63,344 nt of DNA from a virus. Taxonomy: Duplodnaviria; Caudoviricetes. Within the stretch, counting starts at the first letter, position 1; the number at the start of each line of letters is the position of its first letter. The position numbers and the translations under genes are program-made. The notes beneath the pieces were generated by a model. The model did no database searches, was not told the origin of the DNA, and worked only from the letters and a program-made list of their open reading frames with translations. Location of the stretch: positions 1 to 63,344 of IMG/VR virus record IMGVR_UViG_3300032328_000227. One strand, written 5' to 3'. Positions 53,387-63,344 of the stretch are shown in pieces.

Positions 53387-56300
53387 TTATTGCGCCACAA
53401 ATTGTTTACCATCCCAAACTGCAGGGCCCTGTACCGTATTATATAGCGTTCCTTTAACCATTGCACTCTTATCTGCAGGTACAGGTTTAGCTACTGGCGC
53501 AGGTTTAGCTTCTGGTGCAGGGGTAACCTCTGAAGCACCTGCATTACCACCCATTGCTCCTTGTAAATGTTTAAGTTCTAAATCATCAATTTGTTGTTTA
53601 ACTGCAGCATAGTTAGGATTATCAGGTTTCATTACCGCCATCTTAGTTTTTAAGAGTTGAAACTCAGGGTCTTTAGCTTTTGCATCATTGAAATTTCTCA
53701 TCTGAGCGGCATTAAGTTTACCTGCACCGAGTTCTTTTGCAAGCAATAGTTTTTCTAGCGACATACCTGATTGTTCTTGGTATTGTTTTAATGCAAATGC
53801 TTTAGCTTGTGGACCTGCAGCCATTTTTGGTGGTTCCCCGTTAGGGCCTGGTTGAGTTAAGCTATTGTAGATAATATCAATACCGTTACGCATATCAGTA
53901 AGTTTTTGGTTATTTGCTTTCATGCCTTCTACTGAAACATCTTTATAGTAATCAGCAGTTTTTTCAGCTTTCTTAAGGTTACCTGTGTCCACTGTTTTAG
54001 CGTAGTCTTCCTCAAGTTTCTGTCTATTTTGTTGTGCAGAAATAATATTAGCTTTGGCTTTATCCATGCGTGTAGTGTCGTTATTAAGCGCAGCTTCTTT
54101 GTATGCATTTTGTGCCAACATAATGTTATTATTTTGCTGGTTGTAGTTTTCTTTAAGTGCATCAAGTTTTTCCACAGCAGGAGCGTAAGATGCTACGCCT
54201 GATTCTATACCTGCACCAATACCTTCAAGTCCTGGTTTATGAGCATTTTTAAATATAGCGCCCGATGCCTGAAGTAATGCTAACCCCTGTGCTCTATCTT
54301 GTTTACTTGATAATTTTGCTTCTTTAGCTTTAAGGTCTTCTAACATTGAGGCATAAGTATCTTTAATGCCACGTTTACCTTCTTGTATTTCTCGGGCTTT
54401 TGCAATATCTTCGATTGTGTGTGGAGCTTCTTTAGCAGCAGTAATCATTGCATCTGCTTGTGTATAGTCAGGAGCTGACGCTACATAGTCCCAATGTAAT
54501 GGGTCTTTTGCTACAACCGCGCCTTTAGATGCAAAACGTTCTACTTCTCCACCGCCATCAAATGCGATAATCCCACCCTGTGCCGCTGTTGCTACTGGTA
54601 GATTAGATGGAAGTCCTGTCACGCCGGGGTTTGGTTGAGCTGCTTGTTGAGCCATTGCTTGTGCAGCTTGGCTTTGTTGTGCACGGGCAGACATATTTGC
54701 ATAGTCTTGTGATAGCACACTTCCAATACCTTGAGGTAATACCCCACGTTGCACTGACTGCTGTATTTGCTGTGGGTTATAATTTTCTGCGATACGTTGA
54801 CGGTTTTCCAAGCTAGTAACGCCACCACCCGCATAAGACTTAACAGTGCCGCCTTTGGCTCTTAGTAATGAAGCCGCGCCAGCAATACCAGTCCCTAAAC
54901 CAGCTAGAGTGTTTAGCGTAGATGGCTGTGCCTGATAGCTTTGTGTTGTTGTGGACTGCATTGGTAAGCCGCGTAGTAAGTTACTCATGTTACCTAGTTG
55001 CATCATTGGGTATTGCTGTGCAGTAGCGTAATTCTGAATTGCTTGATTAATCTTTTGTTGTTCCGCAGCTTGTTGTTGTGCGCCGTATGCATTTTGCATG
55101 CCAATAATGCCCTGCTGCGCTGCAAGTTGACTTGTGCCTAGATTACCTAACGCACCAGCGGCTTGACCTAACTGATTATACCCAGTAAGAGCGCCTTGTA
55201 AACCTTGAAGTCCTAGGTTAGCACCAAACTGTTGTTGGTTTGCAGCAAGTTGTTGCGCTTGACCATATGCTCCTTGGTTTGCCAACTGTGACTGTAAGTT
55301 TTGCCCAGAACCCAATTGCTGAATTCCAAGTTGAGCCGCTAAGTTTTGAGCGTTAGTATTGTAGCCCATTTGCTGATTAGCTAATGCAGCTTGCTGTGCC
55401 GTTTGTTGATTAGCCAAATTAGTCTGTTGGTTCATAGTACCTTGTTGCATACCATACTGACCTAAGATACCTTGATTAGCCAAGTTAGCCTGTTGTTGCA
55501 TTTGCGCATTTTGCAAACCAGTGTTGTAACCCATTTGTTGATTAGCTAATCCTGCTTGCAACCCTGCTTGCTGGTTAAGTTGTTGTGCTTGCATCCCTGC
55601 TTGTTGATTAGCTAAACCTGCTTGCAATCCAGATTGCTGGTTAAGTTGTTGTGCTTGTAAGTTTTGACCTGCACCTAGTTGTTGTACACCTAAGTTAGCG
55701 GCCAAGTTCTGCTGTTGGGTAGATTGCTGTGCTTGTTGGTTAGCCAATGCAGCTTGTAACGCTTGTTGCGCATTCATTCCGTTAGCTTGGAATTGCGTTG
55801 CTTGGTTATTAACAGCAGCTTGTTGTTGATTAGATAGGTTTGCTAATTGCGCTTGAAGTCCTGATTGAGTACCAAGTTGTTGCACTCCTAAAGCGGCATT
55901 TAAATTTTGTGCCCCAGTTTGTAATCCAGCACTTTGATTGGCTTGTTGTGCAGCTAAACTGGCTTGTTGTTGCGTATTAAATTGCTGTTGTGCATTATTA
56001 AATGCGGTGTTATACCCTTGGGTAATTGCTTGATTCATCCCTGTATTCATATTACGTTGATTTTCAGCCGCCATTAACGCTTCGCGTGACCCACCAAATG
56101 CACCTTGTTTAGTAGCATTACTCATTTGGTTTGTTTGGTTTATTCCATACTGACGACGAATTTCATCAAGCTGCGGAGACAATGACGCGCTTAAGTACGG
56201 GTTCATATAAGACTGCGCTGTACCTGGCTGATTAAAGCTTTGTGTACTTACTTGACTGGCTGGACCCATCTGATATTGGGTTAAATTTGGGTTAAAATTT

Positions 56301-56995
56301 GTTTGCGCACCCTGCATAGTAGGTGCATTTACGTTTTGGGCACTTACGTTACTCGGTCCTTGCATTTGGTAATTTTGTAAATTAGGAGCGTTTACATTTT
56401 GAGATGATACATTTTGAGCATTTACGTTTTGCGCACTTACGTTACTCGGTCCTTGGAATCCCGCCGCTTGCGCTAAAGGTACAATCCCTAATTGAGCTGC
56501 TTGTGCGGACGCACCTTGTACATCCCTTGGACCTTGCATTTGATAGCTCTGTAAATTAGGTGCTTGAGAGCTTAAATAAGTCGATGGTAATGCAGAATAG
56601 TTTTCACCCGCTTGGCTAAGTTGCCCCGCTGTTTGTAGTGAACCTAAACCAGCCTGACCAAGCATCTGTGACGCTTGATTAAACTGACCTGGGGTTTGTA
56701 AGCCTTGTGCATTAGTAAATGAAGCTTGTTGCATAGGACTAAACCCAGCAACGTAGTTATTCATATTCGTACTATACGGGGTATAACCTTTAAATCCGCT
56801 TATTGAACCATTAGGGTTAAAGTTATAAACTTGCTTTTGGGCAGCGCCAAGCATTGACTCTACATATGGCTGTACGTACTCAGGTAAGTTTGAGTTTTGA
56901 ACTGTGGTATTAGTTGGAGGTGCAGGGTCACTACCGCCAAAATAAAAAGTAAATTGGTCAATTAAAAACCAATTAATAAACTTTAAAAATCTCAT
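53387..56995 (-). CDS. DNA ejection / internal virion protein, Q/A/N-rich
   Basis: GAFGGSR motif, LANQQ repeats, C-terminal coiled coil; ejection gene position. Confidence 0.7.
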   Translation of the reverse strand: MRFLKFINWFLIDQFTFYFGGSDPAPPTNTTVQNSNLPEYVQPYVESMLGAAQKQVYNFNPNGSISGFKGYTPYSTNMNNYVAGFSPMQQASFTNAQGLQTPGQFNQASQMLGQAGLGSLQTAGQLSQAGENYSALPSTYLSSQAPNLQSYQMQGPRDVQGASAQAAQLGIVPLAQAAGFQGPSNVSAQNVNAQNVSSQNVNAPNLQNYQMQGPSNVSAQNVNAPTMQGAQTNFNPNLTQYQMGPASQVSTQSFNQPGTAQSYMNPYLSASLSPQLDEIRRQYGINQTNQMSNATKQGAFGGSREALMAAENQRNMNTGMNQAITQGYNTAFNNAQQQFNTQQQASLAAQQANQSAGLQTGAQNLNAALGVQQLGTQSGLQAQLANLSNQQQAAVNNQATQFQANGMNAQQALQAALANQQAQQSTQQQNLAANLGVQQLGAGQNLQAQQLNQQSGLQAGLANQQAGMQAQQLNQQAGLQAGLANQQMGYNTGLQNAQMQQQANLANQGILGQYGMQQGTMNQQTNLANQQTAQQAALANQQMGYNTNAQNLAAQLGIQQLGSGQNLQSQLANQGAYGQAQQLAANQQQFGANLGLQGLQGALTGYNQLGQAAGALGNLGTSQLAAQQGIIGMQNAYGAQQQAAEQQKINQAIQNYATAQQYPMMQLGNMSNLLRGLPMQSTTTQSYQAQPSTLNTLAGLGTGIAGAASLLRAKGGTVKSYAGGGVTSLENRQRIAENYNPQQIQQSVQRGVLPQGIGSVLSQDYANMSARAQQSQAAQAMAQQAAQPNPGVTGLPSNLPVATAAQGGIIAFDGGGEVERFASKGAVVAKDPLHWDYVASAPDYTQADAMITAAKEAPHTIEDIAKAREIQEGKRGIKDTYASMLEDLKAKEAKLSSKQDRAQGLALLQASGAIFKNAHKPGLEGIGAGIESGVASYAPAVEKLDALKENYNQQNNNIMLAQNAYKEAALNNDTTRMDKAKANIISAQQNRQKLEEDYAKTVDTGNLKKAEKTADYYKDVSVEGMKANNQKLTDMRNGIDIIYNSLTQPGPNGEPPKMAAGPQAKAFALKQYQEQSGMSLEKLLLAKELGAGKLNAAQMRNFNDAKAKDPEFQLLKTKMAVMKPDNPNYAAVKQQIDDLELKHLQGAMGGNAGASEVTPAPEAKPAPVAKPVPADKSAMVKGTLYNTVQGPAVWDGKQFVAQ

Positions 56996-57402
56996 ATTGT
57001 TTTCTCCACAACAAGCATTGTTGTATTTAAGTTCATGCGTTGTCTATATAATCTAGCTTGAGGTTCTTTTGCCCAAGCTCTAATCTTAGTAGCACCTTGT
57101 AATTTAGCCCATGCTTCCACTTGAGTAATTATTTCACTTTCAACTACCCCTTTACCACCTATTATTGTAAGATGCGCTACTCGATGATTTGGCTCATTGT
57201 GTACATGAACAGTTAAGGCACCGATTAACTCATTATTATCAGTAAACACCAATAAATCTTGTTCACCTTTAGCCAACGCATTACGTAATTGGTCTATCGT
57301 ATAATAATCAGTACTATCACCAATAGCTGCTTCAAAAAAGTGTTTAACTGAGTCCCATACTTGGTGAACGTGTTGCGGAGAAACTGTCTGTACTTGTTTC
57401 AT
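56992..57402 (-). CDS. GNAT-fold-like protein, paralog 2
   Basis: VHQVWD...IGA.T...GG.G...WAK.QGATKIRA...RLYRQ. Confidence 0.6.
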   Translation of the reverse strand: MKQVQTVSPQHVHQVWDSVKHFFEAAIGDSTDYYTIDQLRNALAKGEQDLLVFTDNNELIGALTVHVHNEPNHRVAHLTIIGGKGVVESEIITQVEAWAKLQGATKIRAWAKEPQARLYRQRMNLNTTMLVVEKTI

Positions 57403-57815
57403 ATTAATTTCTCCACTACTGTCTCAGCAGCAATAAGTCCAACTTTTTGTCTATATAATCTAACTCGCGCTCCAGAAGCATACGCTCTAATTTTAGTAGC
57501 ACCTTGAGTTTTAGCCCATGCAATTACTTGGTTAAATGTTTCATCATCCACAACACATCTACCGCCTACAGTAGTCATCGTTGCAACCCTGTGATTGGGG
57601 AATGAGCTTACTTGGATTGTTGCTGCCCCTATAATTTTTTCATCTTCTACTGCTACTAATAACGTTTGTAAGCCACTAACTAATTGCACTTTTAATTGGT
57701 CAACCGTACAATCAGCACTGCCTAACGCTACGTCAATTGCTGACTTAATAAACGGCCCTACTACATCCCACATTTGATGTACATGAATCGGGCTTACTGA
57801 TTGAATTAGAATCAT
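57399..57815 (-). CDS. GNAT-fold-like protein, paralog 1
   Basis: Tandem paralog of 56992..57402. Confidence 0.6.
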   Translation of the reverse strand: MILIQSVSPIHVHQMWDVVGPFIKSAIDVALGSADCTVDQLKVQLVSGLQTLLVAVEDEKIIGAATIQVSSFPNHRVATMTTVGGRCVVDDETFNQVIAWAKTQGATKIRAYASGARVRLYRQKVGLIAAETVVEKLI

Positions 57816-59749
57816 GCTGGTAAGTATTTCTGAGGTTTAATTTGTTTACCTTGCGCCTTTTTACCTGTTCTAGCTGTACGAACTTTGTCCATCATTTTAT
57901 ATAAGTGTTTAGCACCTGCATCTGTTGAGCCATTACCTAAATGAGATACTACATCAGCTGGCACTACAAACTCACCATCAGCAAGTCTAGCAGGTTGTCT
58001 ATCCCCAATAGTAGCAGGTATATTATCAGACATACCGTCACCAGGACCATTAAGCAATCTTGGGTTACCCCCAGCAGCATACCCACCTAAACTATACCCT
58101 GCCATACCACCACTTGCCATTTGTTGTTCTTGAGGGGCTTGGCCTGATACTTGGTTAAACACACGGTTAAAATCTTGTGGGGCTACACCTTGCATCATTG
58201 CATCATATGATTGTGTAGCTACTGGCGCATTAGGGTTGTATTGTGCCATAGGCGCTTGTTGAGGTTGTTGGTATACATCAGGTCTATTTTGTACTGTTTG
58301 GAAGTTTGAATTTATGTTACCCCCACCGCCATATTTACCACCACCTGCTTCCATTTGACTTGCTATGTCAGCACCCATTTTACCACCAGGTACACCTGCT
58401 GTATTAGGTGCTGGTTGAGTTTGATTTGTATTCTCCATACCCGTTTTACCACCAGGCGCACCTGCTACATTAAGCGATGGTTGAGTTGGTTGAGTTGGTT
58501 GAGTTGGTTGAGTCTCGTATGGTTGGTATATATTAGGTGTAGCTTGAGTTACTTGGAAGTTGTCACTTACAAGTGGTGGTGGTGTCGGTGTCGGCGTATA
58601 ATACGGATTATAACTCAAGTTATTTAAATTATTATAAGGGTTAATGTAAACCCCTCCAATTGAAGACCTACCCATATTACCCGTAGGTGACCCATCCCCA
58701 TACGGGAGCTGAGAAAAACTAGTTGCATACCCGCCTACAGCCATTTTTAGTGGAGAGCCCATGTATGGGTCGGTTGGTACTTCGTAGTCTGCGTTAACTA
58801 CCTGTGCACTTGTTGGCATTTGGCTTGGTGTCGCATACTGCGTTGTATCTAGTCTGCCTTGTGGATAGCCCATGTTACCACCCATACCGCCTTGTGCAAG
58901 CGATGCAATACCACCTTCAGCATATTGAGCACTGTAGTATGGGTTAGGTTGTTCAGGGATGTATGGAGTAAAGTTATCAGGGTCATAGCCGTGAAGTTTA
59001 CTTTTTTCTTTTTTAGGTAGTTCGGGAAGTGGTCTAGGTTGTAATGAACCCATACCATAGCCAGCTGCACCTGCAATTGCCGCTTTACCTAAGTCACCTT
59101 GTCCAGCATAAAAATCTAAGCCCTTACGAACCAATGACCCTTCAGGCGCTAATGCTGTTGTTCTTAAATCCAAACCTGGTCTATTAAGGAATTCTTGGAA
59201 GCCGCCGCTACCACTTGTCAATTGCGCTGCTTCTGGTAACCCTGCTTGTAGACCTCCAGATATAGCCCTTTCATTAACCATTTGATTTGCTAAAATATCA
59301 TCTGCACTATTAAGACCCGCAATCCCTGCGTTTGCTGTTTGTGCTAGTGGGGCTCCAGTTGCGGTGTTAAACGTATTTGCCATACCAATTTGAGCTGACT
59401 GTGAAGGTAGCATGTTTGTTGTTTGTGCTAAAATATCATCACCAAGGTTAACCCCCGCATTAACAGCATTTGTAACAGCTGGTGTTACCGCAGCTTGAGC
59501 AGCTTGACTTGTTGCTTGACCTGCCGCCGCAGTACCTGCCGCTTTACCAATACCTAAAGCACTACCAAGTCCGCTCATCGCGCCACCTGAAAGACCACCA
59601 AGCAAGGCACCTTCTAATATGTCTTGTCCTGTTGCTAGAGATGTTCCGCCACCAATCGCTGCTCCAATAAGCGCAGCTTCACCGATACCCCCACCGACGT
59701 TATATCCTGGGTGCTTTAGAATGCCTATATTAAATTTGGAGCTAAACAT
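57812..59749 (-). CDS. DNA ejection / pilot-like protein
   Basis: G/A-rich hydrophobic N-terminus; multiple xAxGG motifs; C-terminal GPGDGMSD.IPA...LADGEFV domain. Confidence 0.7.
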   Translation of the reverse strand: MFSSKFNIGILKHPGYNVGGGIGEAALIGAAIGGGTSLATGQDILEGALLGGLSGGAMSGLGSALGIGKAAGTAAAGQATSQAAQAAVTPAVTNAVNAGVNLGDDILAQTTNMLPSQSAQIGMANTFNTATGAPLAQTANAGIAGLNSADDILANQMVNERAISGGLQAGLPEAAQLTSGSGGFQEFLNRPGLDLRTTALAPEGSLVRKGLDFYAGQGDLGKAAIAGAAGYGMGSLQPRPLPELPKKEKSKLHGYDPDNFTPYIPEQPNPYYSAQYAEGGIASLAQGGMGGNMGYPQGRLDTTQYATPSQMPTSAQVVNADYEVPTDPYMGSPLKMAVGGYATSFSQLPYGDGSPTGNMGRSSIGGVYINPYNNLNNLSYNPYYTPTPTPPPLVSDNFQVTQATPNIYQPYETQPTQPTQPTQPSLNVAGAPGGKTGMENTNQTQPAPNTAGVPGGKMGADIASQMEAGGGKYGGGGNINSNFQTVQNRPDVYQQPQQAPMAQYNPNAPVATQSYDAMMQGVAPQDFNRVFNQVSGQAPQEQQMASGGMAGYSLGGYAAGGNPRLLNGPGDGMSDNIPATIGDRQPARLADGEFVVPADVVSHLGNGSTDAGAKHLYKMMDKVRTARTGKKAQGKQIKPQKYLPA

Positions 59750-59788
59750 AATTTAAACCTTTATTAATTTAGTTGTATATTATCATTA

Positions 59789-60655
59789 TTATGGTGCTGA
59801 TACAAACGTTGCAGTTAGAATAATAGATGGAGCTGCAGGATGTATCGGGCTTGTACCAGGAGGGTATGTGCCAATAACTGTATCTCCAGACTCTGAGTGA
59901 AACATCAATTGCATATTGTCCCCAGCATTTATAGAAAGCACTATATTCCAAGCAGCTATGGTAGCGCCTAACTTAGCACCAGGCCCTGTTGGAATTGTAG
60001 CAACGCCAGCACTATATGCAACATCAGTACCATTTTGCCTAAACCAAAAAACTACGTTATCTATTGAACTTTTAGGATTTAAAAGTTGGGCGCTAAACTG
60101 TATGTTGTAAATTCCGCCCAAGCCAAAGTTAATTTTACTATTATCTACTGTATCTATACTTACTTGATTGCTAGTATCTGTTGAGTCAAATGGAATAGCC
60201 AATGCCGTTGTTGCATTTGGCACTGCTTGCGCTTCGGTTACATAAACTCCAGCTGCATGAGAAGCTCCTGAAGAGCCATATTGAGAGCGAGTAATTCCAG
60301 TAAATGTGGTTGCTGTTTTTCCTGTGTAACTAATTAATTCTTTTCCAATTATAAGCGTACCAGCAGATGAAAACAAAGCGGTAGAAGCTACAACAATAGT
60401 TGCCGTTGAACTTGAATTTGGTATAGCATTAGTTAAAGTTGTATAGCCATCTTGATGGAATGCACCATTAGGAAACTGTAAAAAACTACCACCGCTAGTC
60501 CCTGATAAACCACCATTAAAGTTATCTATCTGCGCAAAGTATTGACGTAACGCATTATTCATTTGGTCTTGGTATTGTTGGTTATACTCAACTGGACCAA
60601 TAGGTAAGTTAGGTGCCTTAGAAGCACGAAGCGGGATGTTCTTTTCGCCTGCCAT
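59789..60655 (-). CDS. Tail needle / spike-like structural protein
   Basis: N-terminal APNLP..P.EY...LR.YF helix; C-terminal G.YN.QFS.Q beta domain. Confidence 0.55.
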   Translation of the reverse strand: MAGEKNIPLRASKAPNLPIGPVEYNQQYQDQMNNALRQYFAQIDNFNGGLSGTSGGSFLQFPNGAFHQDGYTTLTNAIPNSSSTATIVVASTALFSSAGTLIIGKELISYTGKTATTFTGITRSQYGSSGASHAAGVYVTEAQAVPNATTALAIPFDSTDTSNQVSIDTVDNSKINFGLGGIYNIQFSAQLLNPKSSIDNVVFWFRQNGTDVAYSAGVATIPTGPGAKLGATIAAWNIVLSINAGDNMQLMFHSESGDTVIGTYPPGTSPIHPAAPSIILTATFVSAP

Positions 60656-62580
60656 TATCTGCGCCCATCAGGTTTAATATCAATTCTTGGCATGCCTAAC
60701 TGCCAAGCTACCCCAAGTTCCGTAGATTCAATACGGAAGGATAACTGACGACCACGAAGCCTTGTATACACTTGCCCTGTAAATTCTTGAACATTATAGA
60801 CCTGTAAAACACCATAATTATTTGCACTTGTTACTGTTGGGTTATTAGCTGCACCATATGGAGCACCTGAGTTTACTCTTGGTCTAACCGTCATCGTCAC
60901 TTCTGGGTTATTTACTGTTGAGCCATTAAAGTTTATATCAGGAAGAATACGCCAAACAAAACCAAAATTGTGCCCGTCACCAATATCAAAATCAGAGGAT
61001 TGAATATAAGCATTAATAGGTAAAGGAGTAGACGTAGCATTGTCATCTACTGAAGCCTCATGGAATAAAATACGACTATTGTAATCTGCCGCCATAGGAT
61101 ATTGACGAAGACTTGAATCAAGCCAAGCAGTGCGAGCCATAGTGCCATAATACCAAACGCGGTCTACATAGTTATAAATAACATATCTATCAACATCTAC
61201 ACCATTACCTGAATTACTTACATAGAACCACCAAACTTCATTGTACCCTTCATTACTACCTGCAAATACTTGGAACGACTGAGTAAGATTAATATCATTA
61301 AACACATATTGACGTAATGCACACGGCAAAGTTTCTACTCGACCTGAATACATATAGAACTTGTCAGTACCCATCCAATAAGTGACGTTGTTTACAGTAA
61401 TCATGGCATTTGGGGATATGATAGAGATATTATCCATCATGATGTTAAACCCCCAGACATAAGGTGCACCTAGGTACTGCATAGAATAAAGCGCTGAGTC
61501 TGTCCAGATTAGAATTTCTTGGCGAGATGCTCTAGCCCCCATAATAAAAGACCCATTAGTTAGCGCAAATTCACCAGCTTGGTTTGTTACATCTGGCACC
61601 CACTGATATGGATTAATTTGGTCCGACCAACGGACAAGCATTGGGTTAAATGGGGTATTAGGCGTACCACTTAAATACGAGTTTGCACCCATTGCAATTA
61701 CAAATTTTTGAATTGCTGAAGCTACTATTTGGTTAGTAGTGTTAGGTACGTATGTGCCATTAAATCCTTCGTTTGTAGATAGTGTATTTAAACTAACTGC
61801 TCTAGTAGTAACGCCGTTTGCATCTTTCCAATAGTAGATACCCCCTCCACGCGGGGCAATTATTAAGTCAGCTCCAAAGTTATCGTTAGACCAAAGTCGT
61901 AGTTGGTTTCCTAATGATGATACAAATGCACTACCCCATGTGCCTCGCCCCCAAGGGCCTGAACTCCAACCTGTACCTAGTGTATATACGTTTGGTCCAA
62001 TTGGCACTTGGTATGAAACTGTAACTGTTGCTCCGCCATTCCCTGTATCACTTGCATTAGCTAGTACGGGTGTGCCTGTAGTCGGGTTTTTTGCTTGAAT
62101 AGTGTAGGTAGTGGCTGTGGGTACTGATACAACTACGTATTCTTGGTTTATCACTAAAGCTGTAATATTACCGCCAAGCGTAACTGCTCCTGAAATTACA
62201 ATATAATCCCCTACACTTGGATTATATAATGCATCGGTGATGGTTAATGTACTTGACCCAGAAGTTGCAGTGATTGGATTGTTTAATACTCTAACTGTAC
62301 TAAAGGGAGTAATATCGTAGTACCCGCCGCCTAGCTCAATATAATACTTAAGATTAGTGCCAACACCTAAATAATTAAATCCAGAAAAATTAACCCAATT
62401 CCATAAAGACCGTGCAGTGCCTAAAAACTGAAGGGTAGATAATCTAATCCAGCCGCCTATCTTTTCAGGAAAGCCAGAACGAAATCGAACTTTGTCGCCG
62501 TCATACCACCCGCCCTCATTGGCATAGTCAGTACCTTCACGGTTAAGTCCTGGTCTAAACTCTAGTTTTTGTAATGGCAT
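60655..62580 (-). CDS. Tail nozzle / tail tubular B-like (stabilisation) protein
   Basis: 641 aa, beta-propeller-like (VRWSDQ, WMG...FY.Y.G.V..LPC, EVWWFY). Confidence 0.7.
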   Translation of the reverse strand: MPLQKLEFRPGLNREGTDYANEGGWYDGDKVRFRSGFPEKIGGWIRLSTLQFLGTARSLWNWVNFSGFNYLGVGTNLKYYIELGGGYYDITPFSTVRVLNNPITATSGSSTLTITDALYNPSVGDYIVISGAVTLGGNITALVINQEYVVVSVPTATTYTIQAKNPTTGTPVLANASDTGNGGATVTVSYQVPIGPNVYTLGTGWSSGPWGRGTWGSAFVSSLGNQLRLWSNDNFGADLIIAPRGGGIYYWKDANGVTTRAVSLNTLSTNEGFNGTYVPNTTNQIVASAIQKFVIAMGANSYLSGTPNTPFNPMLVRWSDQINPYQWVPDVTNQAGEFALTNGSFIMGARASRQEILIWTDSALYSMQYLGAPYVWGFNIMMDNISIISPNAMITVNNVTYWMGTDKFYMYSGRVETLPCALRQYVFNDINLTQSFQVFAGSNEGYNEVWWFYVSNSGNGVDVDRYVIYNYVDRVWYYGTMARTAWLDSSLRQYPMAADYNSRILFHEASVDDNATSTPLPINAYIQSSDFDIGDGHNFGFVWRILPDINFNGSTVNNPEVTMTVRPRVNSGAPYGAANNPTVTSANNYGVLQVYNVQEFTGQVYTRLRGRQLSFRIESTELGVAWQLGMPRIDIKPDGRR

Positions 62581-62589
62581 AGCTACTTT

Positions 62590-62964
62590 CTACTTTTGTT
62601 TTTTTACATAGAATAGACTGCGCTCACCGAATAAGTAAAACCCAATTACAGACGCAAAGTTAGATACTTGTTCGTTTACTTCACCACTACCAATAATTGC
62701 AAGGTAGGCCCAAGTACTTAATACAATTATACCAATCAAAGGACGCATTAAGCGTATGATTGCTTCAACCCAAGGATAACTAGCGTTACCGCCGCCAGCT
62801 TCGTTCATAGTTTTAAATAGCTCTAGGTCAATCTCTTTCATCTTTGCATACTGCTCAATAGTTGCAGGTTTAAATTGGTCCGGTGCAATAAAGCGATTGA
62901 TAAGGGATTTGCCTAAGTCTACTGCTACTGGGCCTAAAGCCGCTAAGATTGTAATCGGGTCCAT
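62590..62964 (-). CDS. Holin-like membrane protein
   Basis: W...RP plus TM segments and GFYLFGERS; adjacent to the endolysin. Confidence 0.7.
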   Translation of the reverse strand: MDPITILAALGPVAVDLGKSLINRFIAPDQFKPATIEQYAKMKEIDLELFKTMNEAGGGNASYPWVEAIIRLMRPLIGIIVLSTWAYLAIIGSGEVNEQVSNFASVIGFYLFGERSLFYVKKQK

Positions 62965-63344
62965 TATAAAGTCTTCTCTTCTTGAAAGTCAGCAAGTGTT
63001 AATCCGCCTGTATATTGGCAGTGTGCTAGTTCTTTAAACTTTACCCAGCGTCCAGCCCATTCAAGTCCTACGCTTTCTGCAATCTCGCCACATTGTGTAA
63101 ATAACGCAGTATCATTCCACATCGCTTTACCGTTAACTAGGGGCACAAAATCAAACGCAACCCTCCAATTATGAAAGCTTTTGCCTGCCGATGCGTTAGT
63201 TACCTTTTTTCCAGGCAAAGAACGGCCTTGTGCGTATAACGCATTTTGTGACTCTGCATCTCTGTATGTTGACGTAATTAGTACATCAATATTGTGTTTG
63301 GCGCAAGACGCAATAAACTGCTCGCACATTGTTTTGACTCTAGG
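62964..63344 (-). CDS. Endolysin, M15-family (L-Ala-D-Glu-type) peptidase; true start at 156
   Basis: R...Q.ALYAQGR...S.HN...AFD...W.G.W..E..H motifs. Confidence 0.9.
   Translation of the reverse strand, partial: PRVKTMCEQFIASCAKHNIDVLITSTYRDAESQNALYAQGRSLPGKKVTNASAGKSFHNWRVAFDFVPLVNGKAMWNDTALFTQCGEIAESVGLEWAGRWVKFKELAHCQYTGGLTLADFQEEKTL
63222..63344. repeat. Terminal direct repeat, copy 2
   Basis: Identical to 1-123. Confidence 0.97.

Noticed and set aside
58479-58513. 9-bp tandem repeat (TQP) in the pilot-like protein
   Set aside because: In-frame low-complexity linker; no evidence of phase variation.
63222-63344. 123-bp terminal repeat as a biological DTR
   Set aside because: It falls inside the endolysin CDS and is best explained as circular assembly overlap.
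1-63344. tRNA genes, integrase, reverse transcriptase/DGR, introns or inteins, alternative genetic code
   Set aside because: None recognised by eye. Core genes are uninterrupted and of normal length under the standard code. tRNAscan and HMM searches were not run.

Overview
Apparently complete, circularly assembled tailed-phage genome of about 63.2 kb: bases 1-123 repeat exactly at 63222-63344, and the endolysin gene spans the junction. It looks podovirus-like (large portal, adaptor and nozzle proteins, large ejection proteins; no tape measure or sheath recognised). Two arms diverge at ~22.0-22.4 kb and converge at ~44.75 kb. The minus arm carries packaging, head, tail, ejection and lysis genes. 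The plus arm carries early genes, a MoxR-like AAA/vWA pair, PolA, nucleases, SNF2 helicase, SSB and a primase-helicase. No integrase, tRNA or CRISPR array was seen. An unannotated 23-aa pqqA gene suggests a methylotroph host, probably Methylophilaceae. Main unexplained signals: (1) about 11 copies of the palindrome CCTAACAWTGTTAGG, seen only at 22.3-31.3 kb and also inside CDSs in two frames; (2) a 2873-aa ejection-type protein with ADP-ribosyltransferase-like, GHKL-ATPase and zincin motifs; (3) a shared hydrophobic-A/K-x-G-G motif across basic mini-proteins and ejection proteins, next to duplicated GNAT-like genes; (4) several intergenic structured-RNA candidates, two with kissing-loop topology; (5) a trypsin-fold protease in the tail-fibre cluster. 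All calls come from reading motifs by eye; no database searches were run.
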